DNA of 64,000 nucleotides from an uncultured Candidatus Saccharibacteria bacterium (GCA_964394435.1 CAYMXN010000002.1:78196-142195), one strand, 5' to 3'. Numbered from the stretch's first letter, positions 37,162-46,490 are shown. Numbers and translations: made by a program. The notes: a model not told the origin generated them from the sequence alone.

Positions 37162-37911
37162 CTATTTCTTTGGGGTCCTCCCAAGAAGCTTGTCGATTTC
37201 CTCCTTGTTGAGATTGATTCTATCTTCTTCGGTCATAAGAGCCCTTGGGGCTAAAGGCTTCCACACTTGATAGAGCCGTACGACATGAGGAAAATTTCTT
37301 TGATAGAAGTTTTTTAACACATAAAGCATAATGGCGTTTGTCTCTACCACTTCAATGAATGGATAATGAATTGCTTTATATGCTTCATGTTCTGAATTCT
37401 CGGGTAAAAGTATTTTTGCGGATAATTCTTCAAGCATATTCAACATATCAATAATTATCCTTTGCAATTTCATGTTTTTAAAAATATCTTCATTATATTC
37501 TTTGAATTTTTTGCCAAATGTCTCAATTTCTTTATCGGAAAGAGATGTTATGTCTTTTAATGAGAAGGTAGTTCCTCCGCTGAGTGACCCTAAGTTTATC
37601 ATTTTTACATTTTCATCTTTTACGCTGTCAAATACTTTTTGATTCAGAGGAATAATCTCTTCCCTAAAAAAATTCAAGACGCCCAAGACAGACTCGTTAG
37701 CATTTCTTTTTCTTTCTTCATGCAGATCAATCAGCGATACTAATATTGGTATTACACCTAAAATACCAATCGTAGCTAAAATTGCTTTTGCAGCTTCTCC
37801 TAAATCTCTGATAACCTCACTTGGCAACTGAGGGATTATAAAATAAGTTAATAAGCTGACTGCAAATACATCTATCGCTACCCATGTAAAAATTTTTTTA
37901 TATGACTTCAT
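37162..37911 (-). CDS. Hypothetical membrane-anchored protein in an AT-rich region.
   Basis: N-terminal TM helices; low GC compared with its neighbours. Confidence 0.45.
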   Translation of the reverse strand: MKSYKKIFTWVAIDVFAVSLLTYFIIPQLPSEVIRDLGEAAKAILATIGILGVIPILVSLIDLHEERKRNANESVLGVLNFFREEIIPLNQKVFDSVKDENVKMINLGSLSGGTTFSLKDITSLSDKEIETFGKKFKEYNEDIFKNMKLQRIIIDMLNMLEELSAKILLPENSEHEAYKAIHYPFIEVVETNAIMLYVLKNFYQRNFPHVVRLYQVWKPLAPRALMTEEDRINLNKEEIDKLLGRTPKK

Positions 37912-37914
37912 AAA

Positions 37915-39240
37915 CTACTCCGCCTCGTACACGCCGACTTCTTTTTGAGGGACTAACGATGGGTCGGTCGGAATCGTAAAGTGAAACTCGGTGCCACGCC
38001 CTACTACTGATTGCGCCCAAATCTCGCCGCCGTGCTGCTGAATAATGTTTTTAACCAAGTATAAGCCAAGGCCGGAGCCGGTTGCGTCGAGCTTAATCGC
38101 CGCTTCGGTACGGAAGAACTTCGTAAATAACTTTTTAATCTCTTCGGGCGTGATGCCAACGCCAGTATCTTTGATTACCACTTCGACAAACGGCTTGCTG
38201 ACAATTTGGTGAATGCTGACTACGACTTGGCCGTTTTCCACATTGTACTTAATCGCGTTATCAATCAGGTTGGAAAATACAATTCCCATCTTAGCCTGGT
38301 CGAGTAGAACCATAATCGGCGTGGCCGGTTTTTCGAAATATACGTTTACTTTATACTGCTTGGCGATTGGAGCCGCCTCCTCAACCACCTTGCGCGTGAA
38401 GTCGACGAGGTCAGCATTTTGATAGTTATAGCCAAACCTCCCCTCTTCGATTTTTGCCACATCTAAAAAGTCGTTGACGATACGGGATAATTTCTGGGCA
38501 GCCATCGCGCCGGTTTGCGTGAGCTCGATACGATCCTGATCTGAAATACCAACTTGCTGAAGCTCTTGAAACGCCCAGTTTACTGCGGTTAGGGGCGTAC
38601 GAAGTTGGTGGCTCGTAATGGTAACAAACTCGCTCTTTGCTTTGAGGAGATTCATCTCGCGCGTGCGGTCGTGAATTACTTTAATCACACCCGTCTGCTG
38701 CCCATTTTTATCAGTCATCGGCATCGTCGCCACACGTAGTTGCATAAACGGTTGCTCAAACACAATGTCGACAATTTGCGGATACGCGCCCGGGTCGCTG
38801 CGCTTAATAATCACTGGAGCGAGCGATGGAAATAGCACCTGGGAAAGCAACTTGTGTTGCGGGTTTTGATTTGCGGATTCGAGTGCGAACTTTTTTCCCA
38901 CCATCTCCTCTTGTGGAATGCGGAACAACGTTGACGCGGCTTTATTAAAAATATGTACCGTAAACTCGTTGTCATGCACGATAACTGCATCTTCAAGACC
39001 GGTAATAACTGTGTCGAGCATCTGGTGCTCGTTTTTCAGCTCGAAATTGCTACGTGCGGTGCTAAGCGAACCGGCAAATAACAGAACTCCAGCGCCGATT
39101 AAGACAACGAGTCCGATGAGCCCCCAGATTGGTGGGAGATAGAAAAAGTCGATGATCGCCATTGCTAAAAATAAAACGGCGAAAATCCAAACGACCCTCA
39201 TCTCTGGCATTTTTGCGTATTGAGTAAATCCACGCTTCAT
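37915..39240 (-). CDS. Sensor histidine kinase with a PAS domain.
   Basis: Two TM helices, a PAS-like region, the H-box HQLRTPLTAVNWA, and the N/G boxes of the HATPase domain. No adjacent response regulator. Confidence 0.75.
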   Translation of the reverse strand: MKRGFTQYAKMPEMRVVWIFAVLFLAMAIIDFFYLPPIWGLIGLVVLIGAGVLLFAGSLSTARSNFELKNEHQMLDTVITGLEDAVIVHDNEFTVHIFNKAASTLFRIPQEEMVGKKFALESANQNPQHKLLSQVLFPSLAPVIIKRSDPGAYPQIVDIVFEQPFMQLRVATMPMTDKNGQQTGVIKVIHDRTREMNLLKAKSEFVTITSHQLRTPLTAVNWAFQELQQVGISDQDRIELTQTGAMAAQKLSRIVNDFLDVAKIEEGRFGYNYQNADLVDFTRKVVEEAAPIAKQYKVNVYFEKPATPIMVLLDQAKMGIVFSNLIDNAIKYNVENGQVVVSIHQIVSKPFVEVVIKDTGVGITPEEIKKLFTKFFRTEAAIKLDATGSGLGLYLVKNIIQQHGGEIWAQSVVGRGTEFHFTIPTDPSLVPQKEVGVYEAE

Positions 39241-39268
39241 ATACTTATATTTAGGATAACACAGGAAA

Positions 39269-39353
39269 ATGAGTTATGACGTATGAATTACGAGTTATGA
39301 GCGACGAGAAAATCTCAGTCATAATTCATAACTCTTACTTCGTTATTCATTAC
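39269..39353. repeat. Inverted pair of five-iteron arrays separated by a 15-bp spacer.
   Basis: The forward array is ATGAGTT ATGACGT ATGAATT ACGAGTT ATGAGCG (39269-39303). The inverted array is TCATAAT TCATAAC TCTTACT TCGTTAT TCATTAC (39319-39353). It sits between the kinase start and the stop of the exonuclease gene. Confidence 0.65.
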
Positions 39354-40219
39354 AGCTCCTCCAGCTGACGAATCAGACTGCTAAACGCGTATTTTTCAAA
39401 AAACGCCTTCAGCGCAACTTTATCAAACGGAAGCACTTTCGCGTCTTCAATTGAGTCGATAAAAATGGGCGCGTTGCGATGAATCGTTGCGAGGTCGCGG
39501 CTCATCAGGGCGATTTCTTTTTTGCCCTCGAACTTTTTTGCAATTTTCGGATTAACAATTACGAGATTGTCATAAATCTCCTCGATGGTTTTAAACTCCT
39601 GAATCAGTGGTGTGGCGGTTTTTGGACCCACCCCTTCTACGCCTGGAATATTATCCGAGGTATCACCAATTAATCCCTTGAGCTCAATGAGTTGTGCTGG
39701 TGCGAGGCCGTACTCCTCTTTCACGTGCGCCTCGTTATACTCAACCGTCTCATTACCGCCATTACGCATCAAGCGAACTACCACGTGGTCATCATCGACA
39801 AGCTGAAGCAGATCGCGGTCTCCGGAAAGAATCACCACCTGCGTACCTGGTTGGCGCTTGAGTTTTTCAGCGAGCGTGCCGATCAAGTCGTCAGCCTCAA
39901 AACCCGGCAAATCAAACTGTTTGATATGAAACGCGTCAAAGACTTCGCGGATTTTCGCGAGCTGACTCACGAGGTCGTCTGGCATCGGCTGGCGATGTGC
40001 CTTATACTCTTCGTATTTCTCTTTACGAAATGTCCGCTCTTTGCGATCAAAACACGCGATAATATAGTCAGGATTAATATCGTGATAAATCTTCAGTAAG
40101 AGTCCGGCGAGGCCGTATACCGCGCCGACCGGCTCATTTTCCGGACTAGTGAGTGGCGCCATCGCGTGATACATCCGGTAGATGAGTGCGTGTGAGTCAA
40201 TTAAGAGGAGCTTCTTCAT
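39350..40219 (-). CDS. 5'-3' exonuclease (FEN / Pol I 5'-nuclease domain family), stand-alone.
   Basis: N-terminal MKKLLLIDSHALIYRMYHA and a downstream HhH2 region; 289 aa. Confidence 0.75.
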   Translation of the reverse strand: MKKLLLIDSHALIYRMYHAMAPLTSPENEPVGAVYGLAGLLLKIYHDINPDYIIACFDRKERTFRKEKYEEYKAHRQPMPDDLVSQLAKIREVFDAFHIKQFDLPGFEADDLIGTLAEKLKRQPGTQVVILSGDRDLLQLVDDDHVVVRLMRNGGNETVEYNEAHVKEEYGLAPAQLIELKGLIGDTSDNIPGVEGVGPKTATPLIQEFKTIEEIYDNLVIVNPKIAKKFEGKKEIALMSRDLATIHRNAPIFIDSIEDAKVLPFDKVALKAFFEKYAFSSLIRQLEEL

Positions 40220-40325
40220 CCCGTTAGAGGTTAATTGTGTTATTAGCTATCATACCCTATTTGTCCGTATTTATTAATTTCTAACAAAATCGCCCCACCT
40301 CCATGAGAGATGCGGCGATCTTGGA

Positions 40326-40796
40326 TTAAATCCCCTTCACCTTCGCACTGCGAACTCCGTCTTTTACTCCGTGGGCGAGCTCGATCCAGATGGTGTTTTT
40401 GGGAAGCAGCTTTTTAAACTTATCCGCCCACTCGATGATGACGATATTGTGCGGCTCGCTGAACATATCTTTAAGCCCAAGTGCTAACAACTCCTTATCA
40501 CTATCAATACGATACGTATCGATGTGGTATGCGGTGTGATGACTATTGGCGGAAAGTGCGTACGGCTTTACGAGTACAAACGTTGGACTCGTAATGCGTC
40601 CGCGTGCACCGAGCGCCTTGAGAAAACTTTGTGTAAACGAAGTCTTACCCGCACCCAACTCACCCACCAAACCGATGACCGTGCCCTGTTTTGATTTTTT
40701 GGTTGAGCTCGATACTTTTTCAGCGATTGATTGCGCAAACTTTTTTGTAGCAAGCTTATTAGCTAAATGGATTATCTTTGGATTGGTCGTTTTCAT
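40326..40796 (-). CDS. tsaE: tRNA threonylcarbamoyladenosine biosynthesis ATPase TsaE.
   Basis: P-loop GELGAGKTSFTQSFLKALG and a conserved SPTF motif. Confidence 0.75.
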   Translation of the reverse strand: MKTTNPKIIHLANKLATKKFAQSIAEKVSSSTKKSKQGTVIGLVGELGAGKTSFTQSFLKALGARGRITSPTFVLVKPYALSANSHHTAYHIDTYRIDSDKELLALGLKDMFSEPHNIVIIEWADKFKKLLPKNTIWIELAHGVKDGVRSAKVKGI

Positions 40797-41274
40797 GTAT
40801 CTTGTTATACACGATAGTGGCGATAGTTGCTAGAGCTATGGCGACACATAGTCCAAATATATAGACCTGCGAGCTGACTCCCCCGCCAATCTGCTCGGGT
40901 AATTTCTTAAAAGCGAGGTCATCAAACATTTGAGCTTTGAGTTCGGGCGTGAGCTCGGTAATATGACGAACAATATACCCTTCGGCGGCAGTACCCGCGT
41001 AACTCAACGTATCAATAACGCTTCCTGACGCGTCGATAAGCGAAACTGTCTCGCCACTATTACCTAAACTAATTTTTGTTACTGAACTTTCAAATTTAAG
41101 CGACTGCCCGGCGGACAAGATAAACCCATTGAGATTAAATGACTTCCCAGACGCGTCTTTGAGCTGCCAGCCAGTTAAGCTTACTGAAGAGTCGTCTGTA
41201 TTTTTAATGACAATATACTCCCCTGCGCTATCTTTGCCGACGGGATTGGGAAGAAATGAGTCGATGAGAACCAT
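40759..41274 (-). CDS. Lamin-tail-domain (LTD) protein with a C-terminal TM.
   Basis: FLPNPVGKDSAGEYIVIKNTDDSSVSLTGWQLKDASG matches the LTD signature. Confidence 0.55.
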   Translation of the reverse strand: MVLIDSFLPNPVGKDSAGEYIVIKNTDDSSVSLTGWQLKDASGKSFNLNGFILSAGQSLKFESSVTKISLGNSGETVSLIDASGSVIDTLSYAGTAAEGYIVRHITELTPELKAQMFDDLAFKKLPEQIGGGVSSQVYIFGLCVAIALATIATIVYNKIHENDQSKDNPFS

Positions 41275-41282
41275 ACACTTCT

Positions 41283-42284
41283 TTACTTAGCCGGCTTTTT
41301 GCGGAGATGCTGATACGCCGTTTCGGTAACTTTTCGGCCAGATGGAGTGCGCGTCAAAAGTCCGATGCTCATTAGATATGGCTCGTATACATCTTCAATT
41401 ACGCCTTTGTCTTCGTTAATAGCAGCAGCGAGCGTTCCTAGACCAACTGGTCCGCCATTAAACTTATCAATAATGACCTCGAGGATGCGTCGGTCGTGCG
41501 GATCGAGCCCAAGGTTATCAATTTCCAACAACTCAAGTGTTTTTTGTGCTGCATCAGCATCAATAATCTCTCGCCCATGAACTTGAGCGTAGTCGCGAGC
41601 ACGGCGCATCAAACGATTGGCGATACGCGGAGTGAAGCGAGCAGCTTTAGCGAGTATCGAGAGACCTTCTTGATTTACTTTTAAGCCTAGGAGTTTCGCA
41701 CTGCGCCCTAAAATCGCCTCAACATCCGGGACTTCGTAATAGTCGAGCTTAAACGTGGCACCAAAACGGGAGCGGAGCGGTGCAGAGAGTAAATTTGGAC
41801 GTGTAGTTGCGGCAATTAACGTGAATGGCGGGAGATCCATTGAAAGCGTGCGGGCGGCCGGACCTTTACCAACGATTAAGTGAAGCTTACGCATCTCCAT
41901 TGCGGGATAGAGCACCTCTTCGATTAGTCGGTTTAAGCGGTGAACCTCATCAATAAAGAGGACATCCCCTTTGTTGAGGTTGGTGAGTACCGCTGCGAGG
42001 TCGGCCATTTTTTCGAGCGCCGGCCCAGAGGTGATCTTTAAATTCGCTCCTAGTTCGGATGCAACTAGACTCGCGAGCGTCGTTTTTCCTAGTCCTGCTT
42101 GTCCAAAAAATAATAAGTGATCAGAAGCTTCGCCGCGCTGTTTAGCTGCGGATAAAATAATACGTAAATTTTTCTTTACCTTCTCCTGTCCTACATACTC
42201 ATCCCAATTTGTCGGGCGTAAAATCAGGTCTATCGCCCTGTCATCTACTGGTTCAGCTGTTTTTTCTTTATCAAGCTCACTCAT
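41283..42284 (-). CDS. ruvB: Holliday junction ATP-dependent DNA helicase RuvB.
   Basis: AAA+ Walker A FGQAGLGKTTLA and the RuvB C-terminal winged helix. Confidence 0.85.
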   Translation of the reverse strand: MSELDKEKTAEPVDDRAIDLILRPTNWDEYVGQEKVKKNLRIILSAAKQRGEASDHLLFFGQAGLGKTTLASLVASELGANLKITSGPALEKMADLAAVLTNLNKGDVLFIDEVHRLNRLIEEVLYPAMEMRKLHLIVGKGPAARTLSMDLPPFTLIAATTRPNLLSAPLRSRFGATFKLDYYEVPDVEAILGRSAKLLGLKVNQEGLSILAKAARFTPRIANRLMRRARDYAQVHGREIIDADAAQKTLELLEIDNLGLDPHDRRILEVIIDKFNGGPVGLGTLAAAINEDKGVIEDVYEPYLMSIGLLTRTPSGRKVTETAYQHLRKKPAK

Positions 42285-42376
42285 ATGCTTATTAGTATAC
42301 GCTATGGGTAAAAATGCGCAAAAACCTAGATTTTATGCGGGTTAAATCCCTCCACAGCCCATACACAGACCCCCTA

Positions 42377-42405
42377 TTGACTTTTGAGTTTCTTTGTGCT
42401 ATACT
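42377..42405 (+). promoter_or_regulatory. Near-consensus sigma70 promoter TTGACT-N17-TATACT in a 340-bp gene-free region.
   Basis: ttgact-tttgagtttctttgtgc-tatact. Confidence 0.5.
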
Positions 42406-42411
42406 GTTAAT

Positions 42412-42624
42412 CCGAAAGTGCGAGTAGTACCTTATCACCTTTTAGCTGTGGGCAAATAGGCTGTTGCTTAGTCATTTGGATAAATTGGCTCCGGCTGGTT
42501 TTCTCCTCGGCGGCTGTCTCACCTCTTTTTAAAATTTTTTAAGAAGAATCTAATCAGTCATCTCCCCAGGTACTGATTTTGCCCACAACTAAGCGGTTAT
42601 AGGTCGCTCGCGTTTTTTTATTTT
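42412..42624 (+). ncRNA. Candidate small RNA of about 200 nt (6S-like size). Identity unknown.
   Basis: It lies downstream of the promoter above and ends in a T-run (cgttttttt-atttttt). A long-range inverted repeat agctgtgggcaaa...tttgcccacaact could close a stem. There is no ORF with an SD. Confidence 0.3.
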
Positions 42625-44313
42625 TTAGCGCAAACCGAGAATTGGTCCGGTGACGTTTTCAACCTCGGCAAAACTCGTCTCTCCCTCGAGTGCTTTTAAG
42701 ATACCGGCTTGCTGTAAGGTTACGAGCCCTTTGCTTAGTGCGAACTTCATAATCTCTCCTTCGGTCGCGTGACGGTTAATAAGCTCCTCAAGCTCTTCGC
42801 CTACTTCCAATAACTCAAAGATGCCGAGGCGACCACGGTAGCCGCTCATATGACACTGATCACACCCTTGGTCGTTTGCCTCAAAAAGCTTAGGTACTTC
42901 GTACGGTTTTTTATTAACCCGTGCCGGAAGTGATTCAACTATTTTCTGAATTTTAGCGAGCAACTCTGGCGTCGCCTCTTTTGGTTTGCGGCACGTCTGA
43001 CAGAGTCGGCGGATTAAACGCTGCGCGATAATTAAATTAAGTGCTGGGCCGATACTGGTCTGTGGCGCGCCTAAGTCGAGTAAACGCGGGATAACGCCAG
43101 CGGCGGAGTTGGTGTGTAGCGTTGAAAATACAAGGTGACCGGTGAGTGCGGCTTGAATAGCGATTTCGGCTGTGTCTTTGTCGCGGATCTCACCAACGAG
43201 AATCACGTCCGGGTCTTGGCGCATCATCGCCTGTAGACCGTTACTAAAGGTGTACCCGCTGCGTAGATCAACCTGTGTCTGCTCAATGCCAGTCAGGTGG
43301 TACTCGATCGGGTCTTCAATAGTGATGATTTTAATTTCTGGGCTCGCTACCTTACGCAAAAATGCGTACAGCGTCGTCGTCTTACCCGAACCAGTTGGAC
43401 CGGTGTTTAGAATCATTCCGTTTGGCGCTTTAAGCTGATCTTCGACAATCGCGAGATCATCTGGGCGCATACCCAGGTCGGCCATTTTTAACTGAATAAC
43501 GCGTGGATCTAAAATACGCATAACGATTGTCTCGCCAAACTCCGATGGAATAACTGAAATACGTAACTCGATTTGTACGCCACCTAATCCAACTGTAAAA
43601 CGTCCGTCTTGTGCGACGTTGGTGATATTTAAACGGAGACTGGCGAGCAGTTTAATACGGGAAAGCAACAAGTGATACGTCTCTTTTCCAAAAGCGGCGA
43701 CCACATCACGGAGTACGCCATCAATACGGTAGCGGAGACGAACTCCTTGCTCGCCTGGCTCAAAGTGAATATCTGAAGCGCGGTTGGTAAGTGCGCCGGC
43801 GAGTACGATATTTAATACTTCACCCGGGGCTGGGTTGTTGGTTAGAAGCGAAACAAACGCCTCTTCTACTTTTATCAAACTTGTCAGTTGCTTCTCGAGT
43901 TCGAGCACGCGTTCCGGCTCGATATCCATACGCGCGGAAACACTTTCGGTTTGTTTTGGTACGAATTGATAAAACGTCAGAGCGTACTCAAAGCTCGCGG
44001 GCGAAATGATAAATGTTTTCACAATCATTCCCTTCTTAGCGAGATCGGCGCTTACCTGCTTCACCTCATCACTCTCTGGATTAATGGCCGCGAGGGCGAC
44101 CAGATTATTTTTTTGCTCAAAAATAACAGCGTGCGCTCGTTCTGCCTGTTCTTTAGAAATGAGCTTGAGCGCATCAATCTGAACTGCGGTCTTAGTCAAA
44201 TCAAGATACCCCACGCGTTCTTTCGCAGCTTCTCGCTCGGTTAAGCGTTCGGCAGATGCGCGCCAAATCTTCTTGAGCTGTTCATCGAGTTTAGGATCTT
44301 TGTTGGGAATCAT
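42625..44313 (-). CDS. Type II/IV secretion system ATPase (GspE/PilB family).
   Basis: Walker A GPTGSGKTTTL, Asp/His boxes, and a C-terminal tetracysteine motif CQTC...CDQC. Confidence 0.8.
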   Translation of the reverse strand: MIPNKDPKLDEQLKKIWRASAERLTEREAAKERVGYLDLTKTAVQIDALKLISKEQAERAHAVIFEQKNNLVALAAINPESDEVKQVSADLAKKGMIVKTFIISPASFEYALTFYQFVPKQTESVSARMDIEPERVLELEKQLTSLIKVEEAFVSLLTNNPAPGEVLNIVLAGALTNRASDIHFEPGEQGVRLRYRIDGVLRDVVAAFGKETYHLLLSRIKLLASLRLNITNVAQDGRFTVGLGGVQIELRISVIPSEFGETIVMRILDPRVIQLKMADLGMRPDDLAIVEDQLKAPNGMILNTGPTGSGKTTTLYAFLRKVASPEIKIITIEDPIEYHLTGIEQTQVDLRSGYTFSNGLQAMMRQDPDVILVGEIRDKDTAEIAIQAALTGHLVFSTLHTNSAAGVIPRLLDLGAPQTSIGPALNLIIAQRLIRRLCQTCRKPKEATPELLAKIQKIVESLPARVNKKPYEVPKLFEANDQGCDQCHMSGYRGRLGIFELLEVGEELEELINRHATEGEIMKFALSKGLVTLQQAGILKALEGETSFAEVENVTGPILGLR

Positions 44314-44320
44314 TTTGGAG

Positions 44321-44355
44321 ATGAATTATGAAAAATGAGTTACGAGTTATGAGAA
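44321..44355. repeat. Array of five 7-bp iterons, 7 nt upstream of the pilB-like start.
   Basis: ATGAATT ATGAAAA ATGAGTT ACGAGTT ATGAGAA. Confidence 0.7.
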
Positions 44356-44418
44356 GAAGGCGGGATTGCTATAAGTATACGGCTTTTGTTGTGATGATTG
44401 AAGTAATTGCGCTATATA

Positions 44419-44447
44419 TTGACATTTATATTAATCTGTGCTATATT
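44419..44447 (+). promoter_or_regulatory. Near-consensus sigma70 promoter TTGACA-N17-TATATT.
   Basis: ttgaca-tttatattaatctgtgc-tatatt. Confidence 0.6.
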
Positions 44448-44491
44448 ATTTTTGTTCTTCAACTTCTAACCCCCGGAGGCAATAGCCTTTT

Positions 44492-44998
44492 ATGCACGAC
44501 CTATCTCCCTGGTGGAAGGGCTTCATCGCCGGCGGACTGTTCATCGGCTGGGCGGTGGCTTGCATCGCGATGACCGTCTGGTTCTTGTACGTACCGTCGC
44601 TGCGAGCCATGGCGTCCAAGACTCTGAAGCGCGCCAGCAAGGCGCTCTGCGTTCTCGCCCTCGGGCTGCTCTCGAGCGGGTGTTCCGCTGTCAGCAGCCG
44701 GGTCAGCCTGGCGACCAACATCCCGCTTATCCGTACCGAGGGGACGATCGTCCGGGTTGTCAACTCGACCGGTGACACGTTGCGCGTACGCGCGGATGGC
44801 CACCCGGAGTTCGCGCTCCCGGCGGGCGAGGAGGTTCCGGTCCTGTTCTACGGGCCGGACTACAGTGCCCACGCATGGGGCAGTAGTGCGACCATCGTCG
44901 TCCTTGGTGCGAGCGGCGCGGCGACGCGATCGGTGTCGGTCGCCTCATCGGGAGTCAACTCTGAGGCGTGGATCGTCGGTCACGACGACCTACGCTAG
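44492..44998 (+). CDS. GC-rich cassette gene encoding a membrane or lipoprotein-like 168-aa hypothetical protein.
   Basis: Two N-terminal hydrophobic segments, the second ending LLSSGC (lipobox-like). SD GGAGG. High GC. A terminator follows. Confidence 0.5.
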   Translation: MHDLSPWWKGFIAGGLFIGWAVACIAMTVWFLYVPSLRAMASKTLKRASKALCVLALGLLSSGCSAVSSRVSLATNIPLIRTEGTIVRVVNSTGDTLRVRADGHPEFALPAGEEVPVLFYGPDYSAHAWGSSATIVVLGASGAATRSVSVASSGVNSEAWIVGHDDLR

Positions 44999-45006
44999 CT
45001 CCCTGT

Positions 45007-45042
45007 CCCCCACCAACTCGTTGGTGGGGGCATTTTTATTTT
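45007..45042 (+). terminator. Intrinsic terminator.
   Basis: cccccaccaactcgttggtggggg followed by catttttatttt. Confidence 0.7.
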
Positions 45043-45173
45043 GAATTGAAAGTTCTGATTAAAGCGCATAGACTGGCAGTAAGAGCTTTTATGCATGAAG
45101 TTGCTACCCCTCGCGATTGCTCGGGGTGATGATTTTATAAATAAAAGCCGTAGCATTTATATAAAATCATCAT

Positions 45174-45716
45174 ATGTCCGGACACAATAAATGGAGCCAA
45201 ATTAAAAACCGCAAAGGAGCTGTTGATAAGAAGAAGTCACTTACATTCAGCAAAATCTTAGCGGCGATTTCGATTGCGGCCAAAGACCAGGCCGATCCAA
45301 CTCAAAACCCACGGCTGCGCTCGTTGATTGAGAAAGCGAAGGAAAATAACGTTCCGAACGAGAATATTGAGCGGGCACTTAAACGCGCGAAAGAGCAGAA
45401 AGACCTAAAAGAGATTGTGATTGAGGCGTATGGCCCGGAAAAGGTGGCTATCTTAATTGAAGCGATTACCGACAACAGTAACCGGACAATTCAGGAGGTG
45501 CGTACGATTATTACCGAGAGTGGGGCGAAGATTGCTGATGCGGGTAGCGTACTGTGGGCGTTTGAACAGGAAAGTAAGGAGAAAGGTTGGCAGGCGAAAT
45601 TTCCTCAACCAATCTCTTCTGCAGGCGCAGAGGCACTCATGGCGATCACTGAAGCTATCGAAGAGCATGATGATGTTCAGCGCGTTGTAACAAACGCCCA
45701 AACTAAACAGGTTTAG
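45174..45716 (+). CDS. YebC/PmpR-family (DUF28, TACO1-like) regulator.
   Basis: N-terminal MSGHNKWSQIKNRKGAVDKKKS. At 180 aa it is shorter than the typical 240 aa. Confidence 0.7.
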   Translation: MSGHNKWSQIKNRKGAVDKKKSLTFSKILAAISIAAKDQADPTQNPRLRSLIEKAKENNVPNENIERALKRAKEQKDLKEIVIEAYGPEKVAILIEAITDNSNRTIQEVRTIITESGAKIADAGSVLWAFEQESKEKGWQAKFPQPISSAGAEALMAITEAIEEHDDVQRVVTNAQTKQV

Positions 45717-45728
45717 TATTTTTCATTT

Positions 45729-46205
45729 ATGAAGATTTTAGGTATCGACCCGGGAAGCACACTCATCGGTTTTGGCGTTATCACTGAAGAGCGGGGCGAG
45801 CTTTCCTTTGTACGCTGTGGCGTACTTACCACCAAATCAAAAGATCCTCTATTAAAGCTAAAAGAGGTGGCGGAGCTAGTGACTAAACTTCTCGATGATG
45901 AAAAGCCGGAACTCGTCGGGCTGGAAAAACTCTATTTTTCAAAAAATAAAAAGACCGCGCTGGAAGTCGCTCAAGCCCGTGGCGTAATCGCCTCACTTTT
46001 ACTCACCCAGGGGATTCCGGTGTGTGAACTTGGCCCAGGAACCGTAAAGGTATCTCTCACAAATGATGGGCGGGCGGATAAGCAAATGATAGAGAAAATG
46101 GTTAAGATTATCCTCAAAACCCCTTTACTTGATGGGGATGATAACGCGAGCGACGCACTCGCTATTGCGATTGCTGCCTATAGCCATAGTCGCATCCCCC
46201 GCTAG
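45729..46205 (+). CDS. ruvC: Holliday junction resolvase RuvC.
   Basis: MKILGIDPGSTLIGFGVI with a catalytic Asp; an RNase H-like fold of 158 aa. Confidence 0.8.
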   Translation: MKILGIDPGSTLIGFGVITEERGELSFVRCGVLTTKSKDPLLKLKEVAELVTKLLDDEKPELVGLEKLYFSKNKKTALEVAQARGVIASLLLTQGIPVCELGPGTVKVSLTNDGRADKQMIEKMVKIILKTPLLDGDDNASDALAIAIAAYSHSRIPR

Positions 46206-46319
46206 CTATTCACAGTTGTCTTCTTGACAGCAGTCGCGTGCTTACCTATTCTATTGGCATTGTAAAGATTTACGATAAACTTTGCATTTATAAAAGGTCA
46301 TTCATTACACATACACACT

Positions 46320-46490
46320 ATGATTGAAGTTCAATCCGAGTTAGATCTCTTACTTATCAACCGAGCTGAAGATGACGACATTGCTGACGATGACGACATC
46401 GAAGATGGCGATGTAGATGATGAGGATGAGTTCCTCGGTGATGACGAAGACGAAGAGGATGATCTTGGTGACGGCAAGGCCGATTACTAA
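46320..46490 (+). CDS. Small, highly acidic 56-aa protein.
   Basis: MIEVQSELDLLLINRAEDDDIADDDDIEDGDVDDEDEFLGDDEDEEDDLGDGKADY. A TTGACA-N17-TATTCT promoter lies at 46226-46254 and an intrinsic terminator at 46520-46544. Confidence 0.45.
   Translation: MIEVQSELDLLLINRAEDDDIADDDDIEDGDVDDEDEFLGDDEDEEDDLGDGKADY

Noticed and set aside
37019-37270. 83-aa + strand ORF after the cassette terminator.
   Set aside because: It overlaps the minus-strand gene 37162-37911 and the duplicated mutM fragment. It has no SD or promoter and is likely spurious.
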